Assembly: GCA_919902995.1 (NCBI GenBank)
Contig: CAKKSD010000008.1
Location: 10,922 to 74,921 of the forward strand
Length of the DNA: 64,000 nt
Source: Thermodesulfovibrionia bacterium
GTDB taxonomy: Bacteria; Nitrospirota; Thermodesulfovibrionia; JACRGW01
Direction: 5' to 3'
Part shown: positions 55,626-64,000 of the stretch, piece after piece
How positions within the stretch are numbered: the stretch's first letter is position 1
Layout of the letters: every line of letters begins with the position of its first letter
Notes under the pieces: model-generated
Database searches by the model: none
What the model was told of the DNA's origin: nothing
Seen by the model: only the letters and a program-made list of their open reading frames with translations
Position numbers and translations under genes: made by a program

Positions 55626-55696
55626 TGTCATCCCGAATCTGTTTCAGGATCTCTGTTATTGAAAAAGAGCTGCTGAAACGGGTTCAGCATGACAAG
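55626..55696. repeat. hairpin repeat family, copy 2 (gtcatcccgaatctgtttcaggatc...gctgaaacgggttcagcatgacaa)
   Basis: Homologous to 26330-26394. Lies in the RNase J leader. Confidence 0.55.
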
Positions 55697-55710
55697 GCAC
55701 ATTTCCTATT

Positions 55711-56634
55711 TCAGTTAGTCATTAACATCTCAAGGATCGCCTTCTGTGTATGGAGTCTGTTTTCAGCCTGATCAAGTACTATAGAATATTTTCCATCAAT
55801 CACCTCATCTGTGATTTCTTCTCCCCTGTGGGCGGGGAGGCAGTGCATCACGAGGACATCAGGTTTAGCAACCTGAACTATCTTACTGTTCACCTGATAG
55901 GGACTGAAGACCTTGAGCCTCTTCTCCCTTTCTGATTCCTGACCCATACTTGCCCATACATCTGTATAAAGTATATCTGCCCCTTCTGCTGCCTTTAATG
56001 GGTCTCTCAATATCTCTATATGAGATCCACCCTTCCCTTTTTCGGCTATCGCCTCTCTTACAATCTCTTTAAGAGGCTCATAACCATCGGGACAGGCGAG
56101 GGTAAGATTTATCCCCACTCTTGTAGCGCCTTCTATAAGGGAGTTGGCCACATTATTCCCATCTCCGATATAACATAGCTTAAGACCATTGAGTCTCCCC
56201 TTCTTTTCAAATATCGTAAAGAGGTCAGATAAAACCTGACAGGGATGATGTATATCTGTGAGACCGTTAATCACAGGGATTGTGGCATATCTTGCTAACT
56301 CTTCGACTACCTTCTGAGAGAATGTCCTCACAACTAAACAATCGATATAACGTGACAGGACCCTTGCGGTATCCGCAATTGTCTCACCCCGACCTATCTG
56401 CAAATCCTGATAGGTAAGAAAGATTGCTTGACCACCAAGTTGATAGATGCCGACCTCGAAGGAAACCCTTGTCCTCGTAGATGCCTTTTCGAAAAACATT
56501 CCAAGGCTCTTTCCTATAAGTGAACAGTGAGTTTCACCCCTTTCCTGTTTTTCCTTTAACAGGCTGGACCTTTTTAGAATATTCTCTATATCCTCTTTGG
56601 TGAGGTCTCCTACTGTTAAAAGGTCCCTTTTCAT
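55711..56634 (-). CDS. argF: ornithine carbamoyltransferase
   Basis: FEKASTRTRVSFE (STRTR) and HCLPAHRGEE motifs. Confidence 0.85.
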   Translation of the reverse strand: MKRDLLTVGDLTKEDIENILKRSSLLKEKQERGETHCSLIGKSLGMFFEKASTRTRVSFEVGIYQLGGQAIFLTYQDLQIGRGETIADTARVLSRYIDCLVVRTFSQKVVEELARYATIPVINGLTDIHHPCQVLSDLFTIFEKKGRLNGLKLCYIGDGNNVANSLIEGATRVGINLTLACPDGYEPLKEIVREAIAEKGKGGSHIEILRDPLKAAEGADILYTDVWASMGQESEREKRLKVFSPYQVNSKIVQVAKPDVLVMHCLPAHRGEEITDEVIDGKYSIVLDQAENRLHTQKAILEMLMTN

Positions 56635-57854
56635 CTCTCAGGCAGAATCCTGTGGAATACGTCATCCAGCACATCAAGAAGGGCATCGATTTCTTTTTCT
56701 GTGATTATAAGTGGAGGCATAAAACGGAGGACATTACCCTCAGTACAGTTAATCAGAAACCCCCTTTCGAGACAGTCTGTCACAATATTTGAACATTCGG
56801 TATTAAGTTCCATCCCTATGAGAAGCCCAATCCCTCTCACCTCATTGATAAACGAATAGTCTTCTTTTAGTCTTTCAAGACCTTTTTTAAAATAATCTCC
56901 CATCCTCCTCGAATTCTCAAGAACAAACCCATCCTCAAGAATAGCCTCAACAGCTGCATTTGCAGCCGCACAGGCGATGGGGTTCCCACCAAAGGTTGAT
57001 GCATGGGAACCAGGCACAAAAGCCCTGGCAAATTTTTCCTTAGATAAGGTTGCCCCAATAGCCACGCCACCTCCCAGCGCCTTGGCTAGGGTCATTATAT
57101 CAGGCTCTATTGTATAATGTTCGTAGGCAAAAAGTTTCCCTGTCCTCCCCATGCCTGTCTGGACCTCGTCAAGGATAAGGATAAGTTTTTTTTCATCACA
57201 TATCTCCCTGAGACCTTTGAGGTAGCCTTCCTTAGAGATCCTCACCCCGCTCTCACCCTGTATTGGTTCTACCATTACCGCACAGGTTCTGTCTGTAATT
57301 GTATTCCTTAGTGCATCGAGGTCATTGAACGGGACATACCTGAATCCGATAAGAAGTGGCTCAAACCCCTTCTGAAATTTCTCCTGACCTGTAGCGGAAA
57401 GTGTAGCAAGGGTTCTCCCGTGGAAGGAACCCAATGTGGTTATAATCTCATATCTTTCATTTCCAAAGTTTTCTTTAGAATATTTCCTTGCAAGTTTTAT
57501 AGCTGCCTCATTAGCCTCTGCCCCACTATTAGAAAAAAAGACCTTGTCAGCAAAGGAATGCTCAACGAGTATCTTGGCGAGTCTTATCTGAGGTTCTATA
57601 TGATAGAGATTCGAGATATGGATAAGTCTCTGTGCCTGTTTCTGTAAGGCAACAACTACCTTTGGATGACAGTGTCCAAGATTATTTACTGCAATACCGC
57701 TCACAAAATCAATATATTCTTTGCCATGAGAGTCGTAGACCTTTACCCCTCTTCCTTTCACGATGACAATGGGGAAACGCCTATATGTATCCATAAGATA
57801 GGTCTTTGATTCCTCGAGCATTTTCTGAGTTGTCATAGATACGATTAATACCAT
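56631..57854 (-). CDS. argD: acetylornithine aminotransferase (class III PLP aminotransferase)
   Basis: Class III aminotransferase motifs (GxxxBACA-like, DEVQTGMGRTG). Operon with argF. Confidence 0.85.
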   Translation of the reverse strand: MVLIVSMTTQKMLEESKTYLMDTYRRFPIVIVKGRGVKVYDSHGKEYIDFVSGIAVNNLGHCHPKVVVALQKQAQRLIHISNLYHIEPQIRLAKILVEHSFADKVFFSNSGAEANEAAIKLARKYSKENFGNERYEIITTLGSFHGRTLATLSATGQEKFQKGFEPLLIGFRYVPFNDLDALRNTITDRTCAVMVEPIQGESGVRISKEGYLKGLREICDEKKLILILDEVQTGMGRTGKLFAYEHYTIEPDIMTLAKALGGGVAIGATLSKEKFARAFVPGSHASTFGGNPIACAAANAAVEAILEDGFVLENSRRMGDYFKKGLERLKEDYSFINEVRGIGLLIGMELNTECSNIVTDCLERGFLINCTEGNVLRFMPPLIITEKEIDALLDVLDDVFHRILPER

Positions 57855-57997
57855 ACTTAGGATTAAAAATCAAATTTTATTTAAAATCATCAATAACTCA
57901 TAGTGAGGCAGATTATAAAGAAAAAAGGAGTTGACAATATAGAGGGAGTCGCTTAATAATATGACCGCAAACCAAAGATATAAAGGAGGATAATAAC

Positions 57998-58813
57998 ATG
58001 GACTGGGGAATGAAAAACCGTATGGCACAGTTGATACAACCTGATGGTCGCGCCCTCTTTTTGCCTATAGATCATGGATATTTTCAGGGCCCTACAAGAA
58101 GACTGGAAGAACCAGGAAAAACTATTGAATCGCTTCTTCCTTACTGTGATGCCCTTTTTGTCACGAGGGGGGTATTACGCTCATCAATAGATCCAAACAA
58201 TACTAAACCGATTATTCTTAGGGTATCTGGCGGAACCAGTATGGTCGGTAAAGACCTGTCTGCTGAAGGTATCACAACCTCTATTGAAGAAGCGATCCGT
58301 CTTAATGTGTCTGCAATAGGTATCTCAATATTTGTGGGCAGTGATTATGAGCGTGAATCACTATTAAATCTGGCAAAGCTTGTTGATGAAGCCGAAAGGT
58401 ACGGGATACCTGTGATGGCAGTAACCGCTGTGGGGAAAGAACTTGAGAAAAGAAGTGCCCGTTACCTTGCTTTATGCTCTCGCATTGCTGCCGAATTGGG
58501 GGCACGTGTTGTAAAGACCTACTGGTGCGATGATGGCTTTGAGAAGGTGATCAGGGGTTGTCCAGTCCCGGTTGTTATGGCAGGTGGACCTCAGGTGGAC
58601 ACTGAGTTCGAAGTATTCAAGTTCGTCCATGATGGTATCCAGAAAGGGTCTATCGGTGTCAACTTAGGGAGAAACATCTGGCAGAATGATTTTCCTTTAG
58701 CGATGATTAAGGCGATCCGTGCTATTGTCCATGAAAATGCCACTCCCGAAGAGGCTAATGATATATTCAATAGCATAAAAGAGGATTCGAAGATTCAGAT
58801 GGCAAGGAAATAA
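57998..58813 (+). CDS. DhnA-type class I aldolase family protein (fructose-bisphosphate aldolase / ADH-synthase / LsrF-like)
   Basis: 271 aa, LFLPIDHGYFQGP N-terminus and the VVKTYW lysine region typical of the DhnA family. Confidence 0.55.
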   Translation: MDWGMKNRMAQLIQPDGRALFLPIDHGYFQGPTRRLEEPGKTIESLLPYCDALFVTRGVLRSSIDPNNTKPIILRVSGGTSMVGKDLSAEGITTSIEEAIRLNVSAIGISIFVGSDYERESLLNLAKLVDEAERYGIPVMAVTAVGKELEKRSARYLALCSRIAAELGARVVKTYWCDDGFEKVIRGCPVPVVMAGGPQVDTEFEVFKFVHDGIQKGSIGVNLGRNIWQNDFPLAMIKAIRAIVHENATPEEANDIFNSIKEDSKIQMARK

Positions 58814-58822
58814 AGATACCTA

Positions 58823-59851
58823 ATGCGAGTTGCTGTCTACTATAACAACCATGATATAAGGATAGAAGAGAGACCTGTACCAAAGATAGACAAAGGTGAG
58901 ATACTTATACGTATCGAGGCGAGTGGAATCTGCGGTAGTGATGTAATGGAGTGGTATCGCATTAAAAAGGCACCGCTTGTGCTCGGTCATGAGATCGCAG
59001 GTGAAATAGTAGCTGTAGGAGATGGAGTAACGCATTATAAGGTTGGCGATCGGGTCTCGGCAGCACATCATGTTCCCTGCAATATCTGTTATTACTGTCT
59101 TAAGGGTCATCATACCATTTGCGACACCCTCAGAAAAACGAATTTTGATCCAGGGGGTTTTGCTGAATATGTGCGCCTGCCATCAATAAACGTAGACCGG
59201 GGGGTTTTTCTTCTCCCTCATGAAGTATCTTATGAAGAGGCAACATTTATAGAACCACTTGCCTGTGTATTACGCGGGCAAAAAAAGGCAGGAATAGAAC
59301 CAGGCGAGAGTGTACTTGTCATTGGCAGCGGCATCTCAGGTCTGCTCCATATACAGCTTGCCTGTGCACTCGGGGCAGGTCTTATTGCAGCAACGGATAT
59401 CTCCGAATATAGACTGAACGCAGCAAAGAGATTTGGGGCAAACCTTGCCATACATGCAGAAGATGATGTACCCTCTCTCCTGAGGAAGGCAAACAATGGT
59501 CGTCTTGCAGACCTTGTAATAGTATGCACTGGTGCCACAAAGGCATTTATCCAGGCGCTTCAATCTGCGGAAAGAAATGGTACTGTCCTCTTTTTCGCAC
59601 CGACAGAGAATGGAGTTACCATACCGATATCAGTGAATGATCTTTTCTGGCGGAATGATATAACCCTTACCACCTCCTATGCAGGGAGTCCTTCAGACCA
59701 TATGGTGGCATTAGAACTTATTAAGTCACACCGTGTGAATGTGCTTGAGATGATTACTCACAGGCTTGGTCTTTCGGAAACTGGTACTGGTATTGGGCTT
59801 GTTGCCAACTCACGTGATTGCATAAAGGTAATTATCGAACCCAAGAGATAG
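58823..59851 (+). CDS. zinc-dependent medium-chain dehydrogenase (threonine/sorbitol dehydrogenase-like)
   Basis: GICGSDVMEWY, GHEIAGEIVAVGDGV, Cys-rich structural Zn site CNICYYC, Rossmann GSGISGL. Confidence 0.7.
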   Translation: MRVAVYYNNHDIRIEERPVPKIDKGEILIRIEASGICGSDVMEWYRIKKAPLVLGHEIAGEIVAVGDGVTHYKVGDRVSAAHHVPCNICYYCLKGHHTICDTLRKTNFDPGGFAEYVRLPSINVDRGVFLLPHEVSYEEATFIEPLACVLRGQKKAGIEPGESVLVIGSGISGLLHIQLACALGAGLIAATDISEYRLNAAKRFGANLAIHAEDDVPSLLRKANNGRLADLVIVCTGATKAFIQALQSAERNGTVLFFAPTENGVTIPISVNDLFWRNDITLTTSYAGSPSDHMVALELIKSHRVNVLEMITHRLGLSETGTGIGLVANSRDCIKVIIEPKR

Positions 59852-59951
59852 GCGGCGAAGAAGTTCTGATATCAGGGTAATTTTTCATAGGGCATAGGGT
59901 ATAATTAGATTCTTTAGTAAAGATTCTTCATGATTCTCAGTAAGGTTTACC

Positions 59952-59980
59952 TTGACAGGTTGGCATTTAATTGTTAAATT
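59952..59980 (+). promoter_or_regulatory. candidate sigma-70 promoter of the rpsU operon (TTGACA-17-TAAATT)
   Basis: cTTGACAggttggcatttaattgtTAAATT lies about 90 nt upstream of the rpsU ATG. Confidence 0.35.
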
Positions 59981-60071
59981 ATTGCAAACTTATTGATTAA
60001 TCCTGACTGTTATCTCTATGAGTTGCAGACAGGAAGGGTATAATAAAAATTATGGGAGGAGGCGAAAATGA

Positions 60072-60260
60072 ATGCCAGTTGTAAGGATAAAAGAGACCGA
60101 GTCCTTCGAAAACGCTCTCAGGAGATTCAAGAAACAGTGTGAAAGAGAGGGTGTACTGTCTGAGATAAAGAAGAGGGAGCACTATGAAAAACCCAGCGTC
60201 AGAAGGAAAAAGAAGGCCATAGCAGCACGTAAAAAGAGCATGAAGCGGGTAAGATTCTGA
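60072..60260 (+). CDS. rpsU: 30S ribosomal protein S21
   Basis: [42 protein letters not shown] is near-canonical S21. Confidence 0.9.
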   Translation: MPVVRIKETESFENALRRFKKQCEREGVLSEIKKREHYEKPSVRRKKKAIAARKKSMKRVRF

Positions 60261-60268
60261 GGTAGGGG

Positions 60269-60712
60269 ATGTCCCTGAAGGAGAGATTTTCCTCAGAACT
60301 CAAAGACTCACTGAAAGCCGGTGACAGGCTTAAGCTATCCACTATTCGCTTAATCATGGCATCCCTGAAGAATAGGGAGATAGAGAAAAGGGGTAGCCTA
60401 TCTGAAGAAGAAATAATCGATCTCCTGGTCTCACTTTCAAAGCAAAGAAAGGAATCAATAGAAGAGTTTAAGAAAGGTGGAAGACAGGATCTTGTTGATA
60501 AAGAGACTGAAGAACTCAAGATAATTGAGTCCTACTTGCCTCAGCAACTCACACCTGAGGAGATAAAGAAGATAATAGGCGAGACCATAACAGAAACCGG
60601 CGCATCAGGTTCTAAAGACATAGGAAAGGTGATGAAGGTTCTTATGCCCAAAGTGAAAGGCAGGGCAGATGGTAAGCTGGTGAATGAGATGGTAAAAGAA
60701 CTCCTTGGATAG
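60269..60712 (+). CDS. GatB/YqeY domain protein
   Basis: Conserved rpsU-downstream gene. KDIGKVMKVLMPKVKGRADGKLVNEMVKELL C-terminus. Confidence 0.75.
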   Translation: MSLKERFSSELKDSLKAGDRLKLSTIRLIMASLKNREIEKRGSLSEEEIIDLLVSLSKQRKESIEEFKKGGRQDLVDKETEELKIIESYLPQQLTPEEIKKIIGETITETGASGSKDIGKVMKVLMPKVKGRADGKLVNEMVKELLG

Positions 60713-60736
60713 AATCTAACTTATAAGGAAAGAACT

Positions 60737-61708
60737 TTGAAGCTTAAGGATTTATATGCCTTTATTGTCCAAAGAGGGATTGAGGTCGATCCAAGAGGAA
60801 AAGATGTAGTAGAAAAGGATCTCCAGAGGAAAAAGGAGAACTTTGATACCCTGAAGCCCGATGATCCTGATTCCTTGTCTTTTGATAAAGAAAGTTTCAC
60901 AAACCCTTATCCTGATACCAGAATCCTTTTTGGTAATCCTGAGCTTGAGGTAAGGAACTTTCTCATCGGAATCGACATCGAAGTCGGTGAGATACTGTTG
61001 GCAGAGAGACTACTCTCTAAGGGGAAAAAGATTGACCTTGTCATTTCCCATCATCCAGAAGGAAGGGCCTATGCCAACCTCTACGAAGTTATGCATATGC
61101 AGGCAGATATTCTAAACAAATTCGGTGTACCCATTACTGTTGCCGATGACCTCCTCGATAAGAGGATAAAGGAGGTCGAAAGAAAACTGATGCCTGTAAA
61201 TCATACAAGGACTGTAGATGCCGCTAAACTTCTCGGTATCCCCCTCCTCTGTATGCATACCCCTTCAGATAATTTTGTTGCTAATCATCTCCAGAAACTC
61301 TTCGATGAAAGGAAACCTGATACTCTGAAAGATATACTTAATATCCTTAGAGAGATTCCTGAATATCAAGATGCTATCAGGGAGACCGCAGGCCCGAAGA
61401 TCACCCTTGGTTCTAAGGAAAAAAGGGCAGGCAAGGTATTCGTCGATATGACAGGTGGGACAGAAGGATCCAAGGATATCTTCGAAAGGATCAGCCAGGC
61501 AGGGGTTGGCACCATTGTTGCGATGCACCTAAGCGAAGACCACAGAAAAGAAGCCGAAAAACACCATGTAAACGTAGTGATAGCAGGCCACATATCAAGT
61601 GACAATCTCGGTATGAATCTCCTTCTCGATGGGATCGAAAAGGCAGAACCCTCTGGTCTGAGTGTTCTCTGTTGCTCAGGGTTTAAGAGATTTAAAAGAA
61701 TTCAATAA
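60737..61708 (+). CDS. Nif3-like dinuclear metal-centre protein (YqfO/DUF34 family), tentative
   Basis: VISHHP and AGH metal-ligand-like motifs, size and position in the MMS operon. Family call not certain. Confidence 0.4.
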   Translation: MKLKDLYAFIVQRGIEVDPRGKDVVEKDLQRKKENFDTLKPDDPDSLSFDKESFTNPYPDTRILFGNPELEVRNFLIGIDIEVGEILLAERLLSKGKKIDLVISHHPEGRAYANLYEVMHMQADILNKFGVPITVADDLLDKRIKEVERKLMPVNHTRTVDAAKLLGIPLLCMHTPSDNFVANHLQKLFDERKPDTLKDILNILREIPEYQDAIRETAGPKITLGSKEKRAGKVFVDMTGGTEGSKDIFERISQAGVGTIVAMHLSEDHRKEAEKHHVNVVIAGHISSDNLGMNLLLDGIEKAEPSGLSVLCCSGFKRFKRIQ

Positions 61709-61732
61709 AATGTCTACTGCGAACCGTCAACG

Positions 61733-63544
61733 GTGAACCGTATGGTTGAGGGCTATATCCAGGAAGAGATCATCGACCGTATCCGTAATAGCATCGATAT
61801 AGTAGAGGTCCTTTCTGACTATCTGCCTCTCAAAAAGTCTGGCCAGAACTATAAAGGGTTATGTCCCTTTCATTCAGAAAAAACACCTTCCTTCATCGTA
61901 AGTCCATCCAAGCAGCTTTACCACTGCTTTGGATGTGGATCAGGAGGAGATGTATTCAACTTTCTTGTCCAATATGAAAACCTTTCTTTTCCTGAGACCG
62001 TACGGATTCTGGCAAAAAAGGCAGGAATAAAGATAGAAGTTAAAACCAGAGATCCAAGACTAAAGACAGAGAAAGAGTCTCTACTGAAAGTAAACAAAAC
62101 GGCTGAAGAATATTTCCATAAGATCCTTATTGGCCCTCAAGGAAAGGTTACAAGGGAATACCTATTTAAAAGAGGGATTAAAGATAAGACCATAGAAGAT
62201 TTTAAACTAGGCTTTTCTCTTCCTGCATGGGGAGGACTCCTTACTACTATGGGAGAGCGAGGCTATTCACCAGAAATTTTACAGAAGACTGGTCTTATAA
62301 TACCGAGGGAAGATAGAAAAGGCTATTATGATAGATTCAGGGGAAGGATAATCTTTCCTATCTACAATATAGAAGGCGATGTTATTGGATTTGGAGGTAG
62401 AGTTCTGGATGATACCCTGCCGAAGTATCTCAATTCTCCTGAGACCCTTATTTACAGAAAAGGTGAAAACCTCTATGCCCTAAACAAGGCAAAAGATTAT
62501 ATAAGAAAAGAACCCCTTATCCTTGTGGAAGGCTATATGGATGTTATAGCGTTACATCAAGCAGGCATCACGAATACAGCAGCCACACTCGGGACTGCTC
62601 TCACAAAAGGTCATCTTAAAGCGATTACAAGGTTTACAAAAAAGGTGGTAATTATATTCGATGCTGATCCAGCAGGTAAGAAGGCAGCCTCTATGGGTCT
62701 TGATATCTTTGTTGAGGGGGGCATAGATGTGAGGATTGTTTCGCTTCCTTCAGGGGATGACCCTGACAGTTTCATGATGAGGGAGGGAAAAGATAAGTTC
62801 ATGAATCTACTTCACGGAGCATCAAACCTTATCGATTTCAGTTTAAAGCAGATATTAGATCAAGACACAGGATTTTGGACGGTTAAGAACCAAGAGTTAA
62901 GTGAAAAAATCAGTAAAGTGGGTGAGGCCCTTGTTATAATATCCAAAATCCCCAATAATATAGAAAGGGGCTATTATCTTAAAAGATTATCCGAAAAGAC
63001 AGGTATAGAAGAGACCTTCTTGTTAGAAGAATTCAGAAGAATGAAGGTACAAAAAAGGGTCCACAGTCCACAGTCCACAGTCCACAGTCAGCGGTTAAGA
63101 CCAAAGGCAGAAGAAATCCTGATCCATCTTATGTTGAAGGACAAAGATATAGCAAACGAAATACTTAATGCACTGAACCCCGAGGATATTACTTATCCAC
63201 CTTTCAGAACTATAGCGAAGGCAATAGAGACATCACTCGTAAAGTTTAAAGAGATAAGACCTGAAAAGTTTATTAATAATGAAAAGGATCCAGAGGCTTT
63301 TAATCTTTTCTCTGAGCTATCAATAAAAGAAATGGAATACGAAGATGAGAGAAAAGTGATGGAAGACTGCCTCCTTCACATAAACAATCGTGAGAAAGAT
63401 AAGAGGCTTTCAGAACTCCAATTCAAGATCAAGGAGGCTGAAATTAAAGGAACAGAAGAAGAAGTTCTTAACCTTCTGTCAGAAAAACAGAGATTAGCAA
63501 AAAGCGTGTCAATGACCAGCAGGGAAGTTAAAATGAAAGGTTGA
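61733..63544 (+). CDS. dnaG: DNA primase
   Basis: Zinc ribbon CPFHSEKTPSF...CFGCG, RNA-polymerase domain, TOPRIM EGYMDVIAL...DADPAG. Carries an in-frame heptamer repeat at 63059-63090. Confidence 0.9.
   Translation: MNRMVEGYIQEEIIDRIRNSIDIVEVLSDYLPLKKSGQNYKGLCPFHSEKTPSFIVSPSKQLYHCFGCGSGGDVFNFLVQYENLSFPETVRILAKKAGIKIEVKTRDPRLKTEKESLLKVNKTAEEYFHKILIGPQGKVTREYLFKRGIKDKTIEDFKLGFSLPAWGGLLTTMGERGYSPEILQKTGLIIPREDRKGYYDRFRGRIIFPIYNIEGDVIGFGGRVLDDTLPKYLNSPETLIYRKGENLYALNKAKDYIRKEPLILVEGYMDVIALHQAGITNTAATLGTALTKGHLKAITRFTKKVVIIFDADPAGKKAASMGLDIFVEGGIDVRIVSLPSGDDPDSFMMREGKDKFMNLLHGASNLIDFSLKQILDQDTGFWTVKNQELSEKISKVGEALVIISKIPNNIERGYYLKRLSEKTGIEETFLLEEFRRMKVQKRVHSPQSTVHSQRLRPKAEEILIHLMLKDKDIANEILNALNPEDITYPPFRTIAKAIETSLVKFKEIRPEKFINNEKDPEAFNLFSELSIKEMEYEDERKVMEDCLLHINNREKDKRLSELQFKIKEAEIKGTEEEVLNLLSEKQRLAKSVSMTSREVKMKG
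63059..63090. repeat. tandem heptanucleotide repeat (gtccaca)n inside dnaG, in frame
   Basis: gtccacagtccacagtccacagtccacagtca encodes HSPQSTVHSQ in the inter-domain linker. Confidence 0.7.
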
Positions 63545-63549
63545 AAGGT

Positions 63550-64000
63550 ATGGAACAGGATGAAAGAATGGCCGAGATAAAACATCTTATGAGCCTCAAT
63601 AAAGGAAAGAGGGATCTCACCTTCGGCGACTTAAATGAAACCCTTCCTCCAGACATTTCCCCTGAAAGACTTGATGGCGCCGTATCCATTTTTGATGAAA
63701 TAGATATAGACATTGTTGATACGCCCTATATTGACCAACGCGCCCAGAACCTTGTGGAGCCTGAAGAAGAGATAGAAGAAGATTTCCTGAAGGAAGGGAT
63801 TGAAGATCTTGAAGATATAGACAAGGAAGAGATAATTGCTGCTGGATTTGGGAAGACCGATGATCCAGTAAGGATATATCTTAAGGAGATGGGAATAGTT
63901 CCACTTCTTACGAGAGAAGGCGAGGTAGAGATTGCCAAACGGATTGAAGAAGGGAAGAGAGATATAAATTTTATCGTTTTTACCATGCCTTTAACTATAA
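63550..64000 (+). CDS. rpoD: RNA polymerase sigma factor RpoD, 5' part (continues beyond window)
   Basis: MEQDERMAEIKHLMSL... acidic region 1.1, then DPVRIYLKEMGIVPLLTREGEVEIAKRIEEG (region 1.2). No stop before the window end. Confidence 0.85.
   Translation, partial: MEQDERMAEIKHLMSLNKGKRDLTFGDLNETLPPDISPERLDGAVSIFDEIDIDIVDTPYIDQRAQNLVEPEEEIEEDFLKEGIEDLEDIDKEEIIAAGFGKTDDPVRIYLKEMGIVPLLTREGEVEIAKRIEEGKRDINFIVFTMPLTI

Noticed and set aside
57998-59851. Calling the aldolase and dehydrogenase pair an alternative dehydroquinate (ADH synthase / DHQ synthase II) pathway.
   Set aside because: The second gene is a zinc medium-chain dehydrogenase, not a DHQ synthase II homologue, so only generic family calls are made.
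1-64000. tRNA, rRNA and CRISPR arrays.
   Set aside because: No cloverleaf-like conserved tRNA sequences, rRNA-like stretches or regularly spaced short direct repeats with unique spacers were seen on inspection. The regularly spaced repeats at 49.7-53.9 kb are separated by full TA genes, not 30-40-nt spacers.

Overview
AT-rich bacterial chromosomal window in which almost all genes from about 20.7 kb to 48.9 kb are on the minus strand. Core housekeeping blocks are mobB-ccsA-hemA-hemC, an rpoH-like sigma factor divergent from hsp20, uvrA, apbE with NusG-II and Gx-transporter genes, the liv branched-chain amino-acid ABC operon, RNase J, argF-argD, and the rpsU-yqeY-nif3-dnaG-rpoD macromolecular-synthesis operon, where rpoD runs off the window end. 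Between these lie several accessory regions. (1) 0.9-10.7 kb is a toxin-antitoxin and defence island: hicBA with amber stops, phd/vapC, brnTA, a WYL (BrxR/CapW-like) regulator next to a Cas4/RecB-like nuclease operon, and two further PD-(D/E)xK-like proteins. It is organised around a repeated 18-bp inverted-repeat operator motif. (2) 49.7-53.9 kb is a unidirectional array of five TA cassettes separated by a conserved palindromic repeat of about 60 nt, resembling an integron-like (CALIN-type) cassette array. It includes a duplicated cassette with a deleted toxin gene. (3) 35-44.6 kb is a tight minus-strand operon following livK: methyltransferase, radical-SAM/SPASM enzyme, a histidine-kinase-like protein, REC-domain proteins and large unknown proteins. 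(4) 27-34 kb is a second unusual operon: radical SAM, a Gly/Ala/Cys-rich protein, AAA+ ATPase, vWA lipoprotein, membrane protein and a ClpP-like protease. Other oddities are heptanucleotide tandem repeats in-frame inside hemC and dnaG, several hairpin-repeat families, and GC-rich patches suggesting acquired TA modules. No rRNA, tRNA or CRISPR arrays were recognised.
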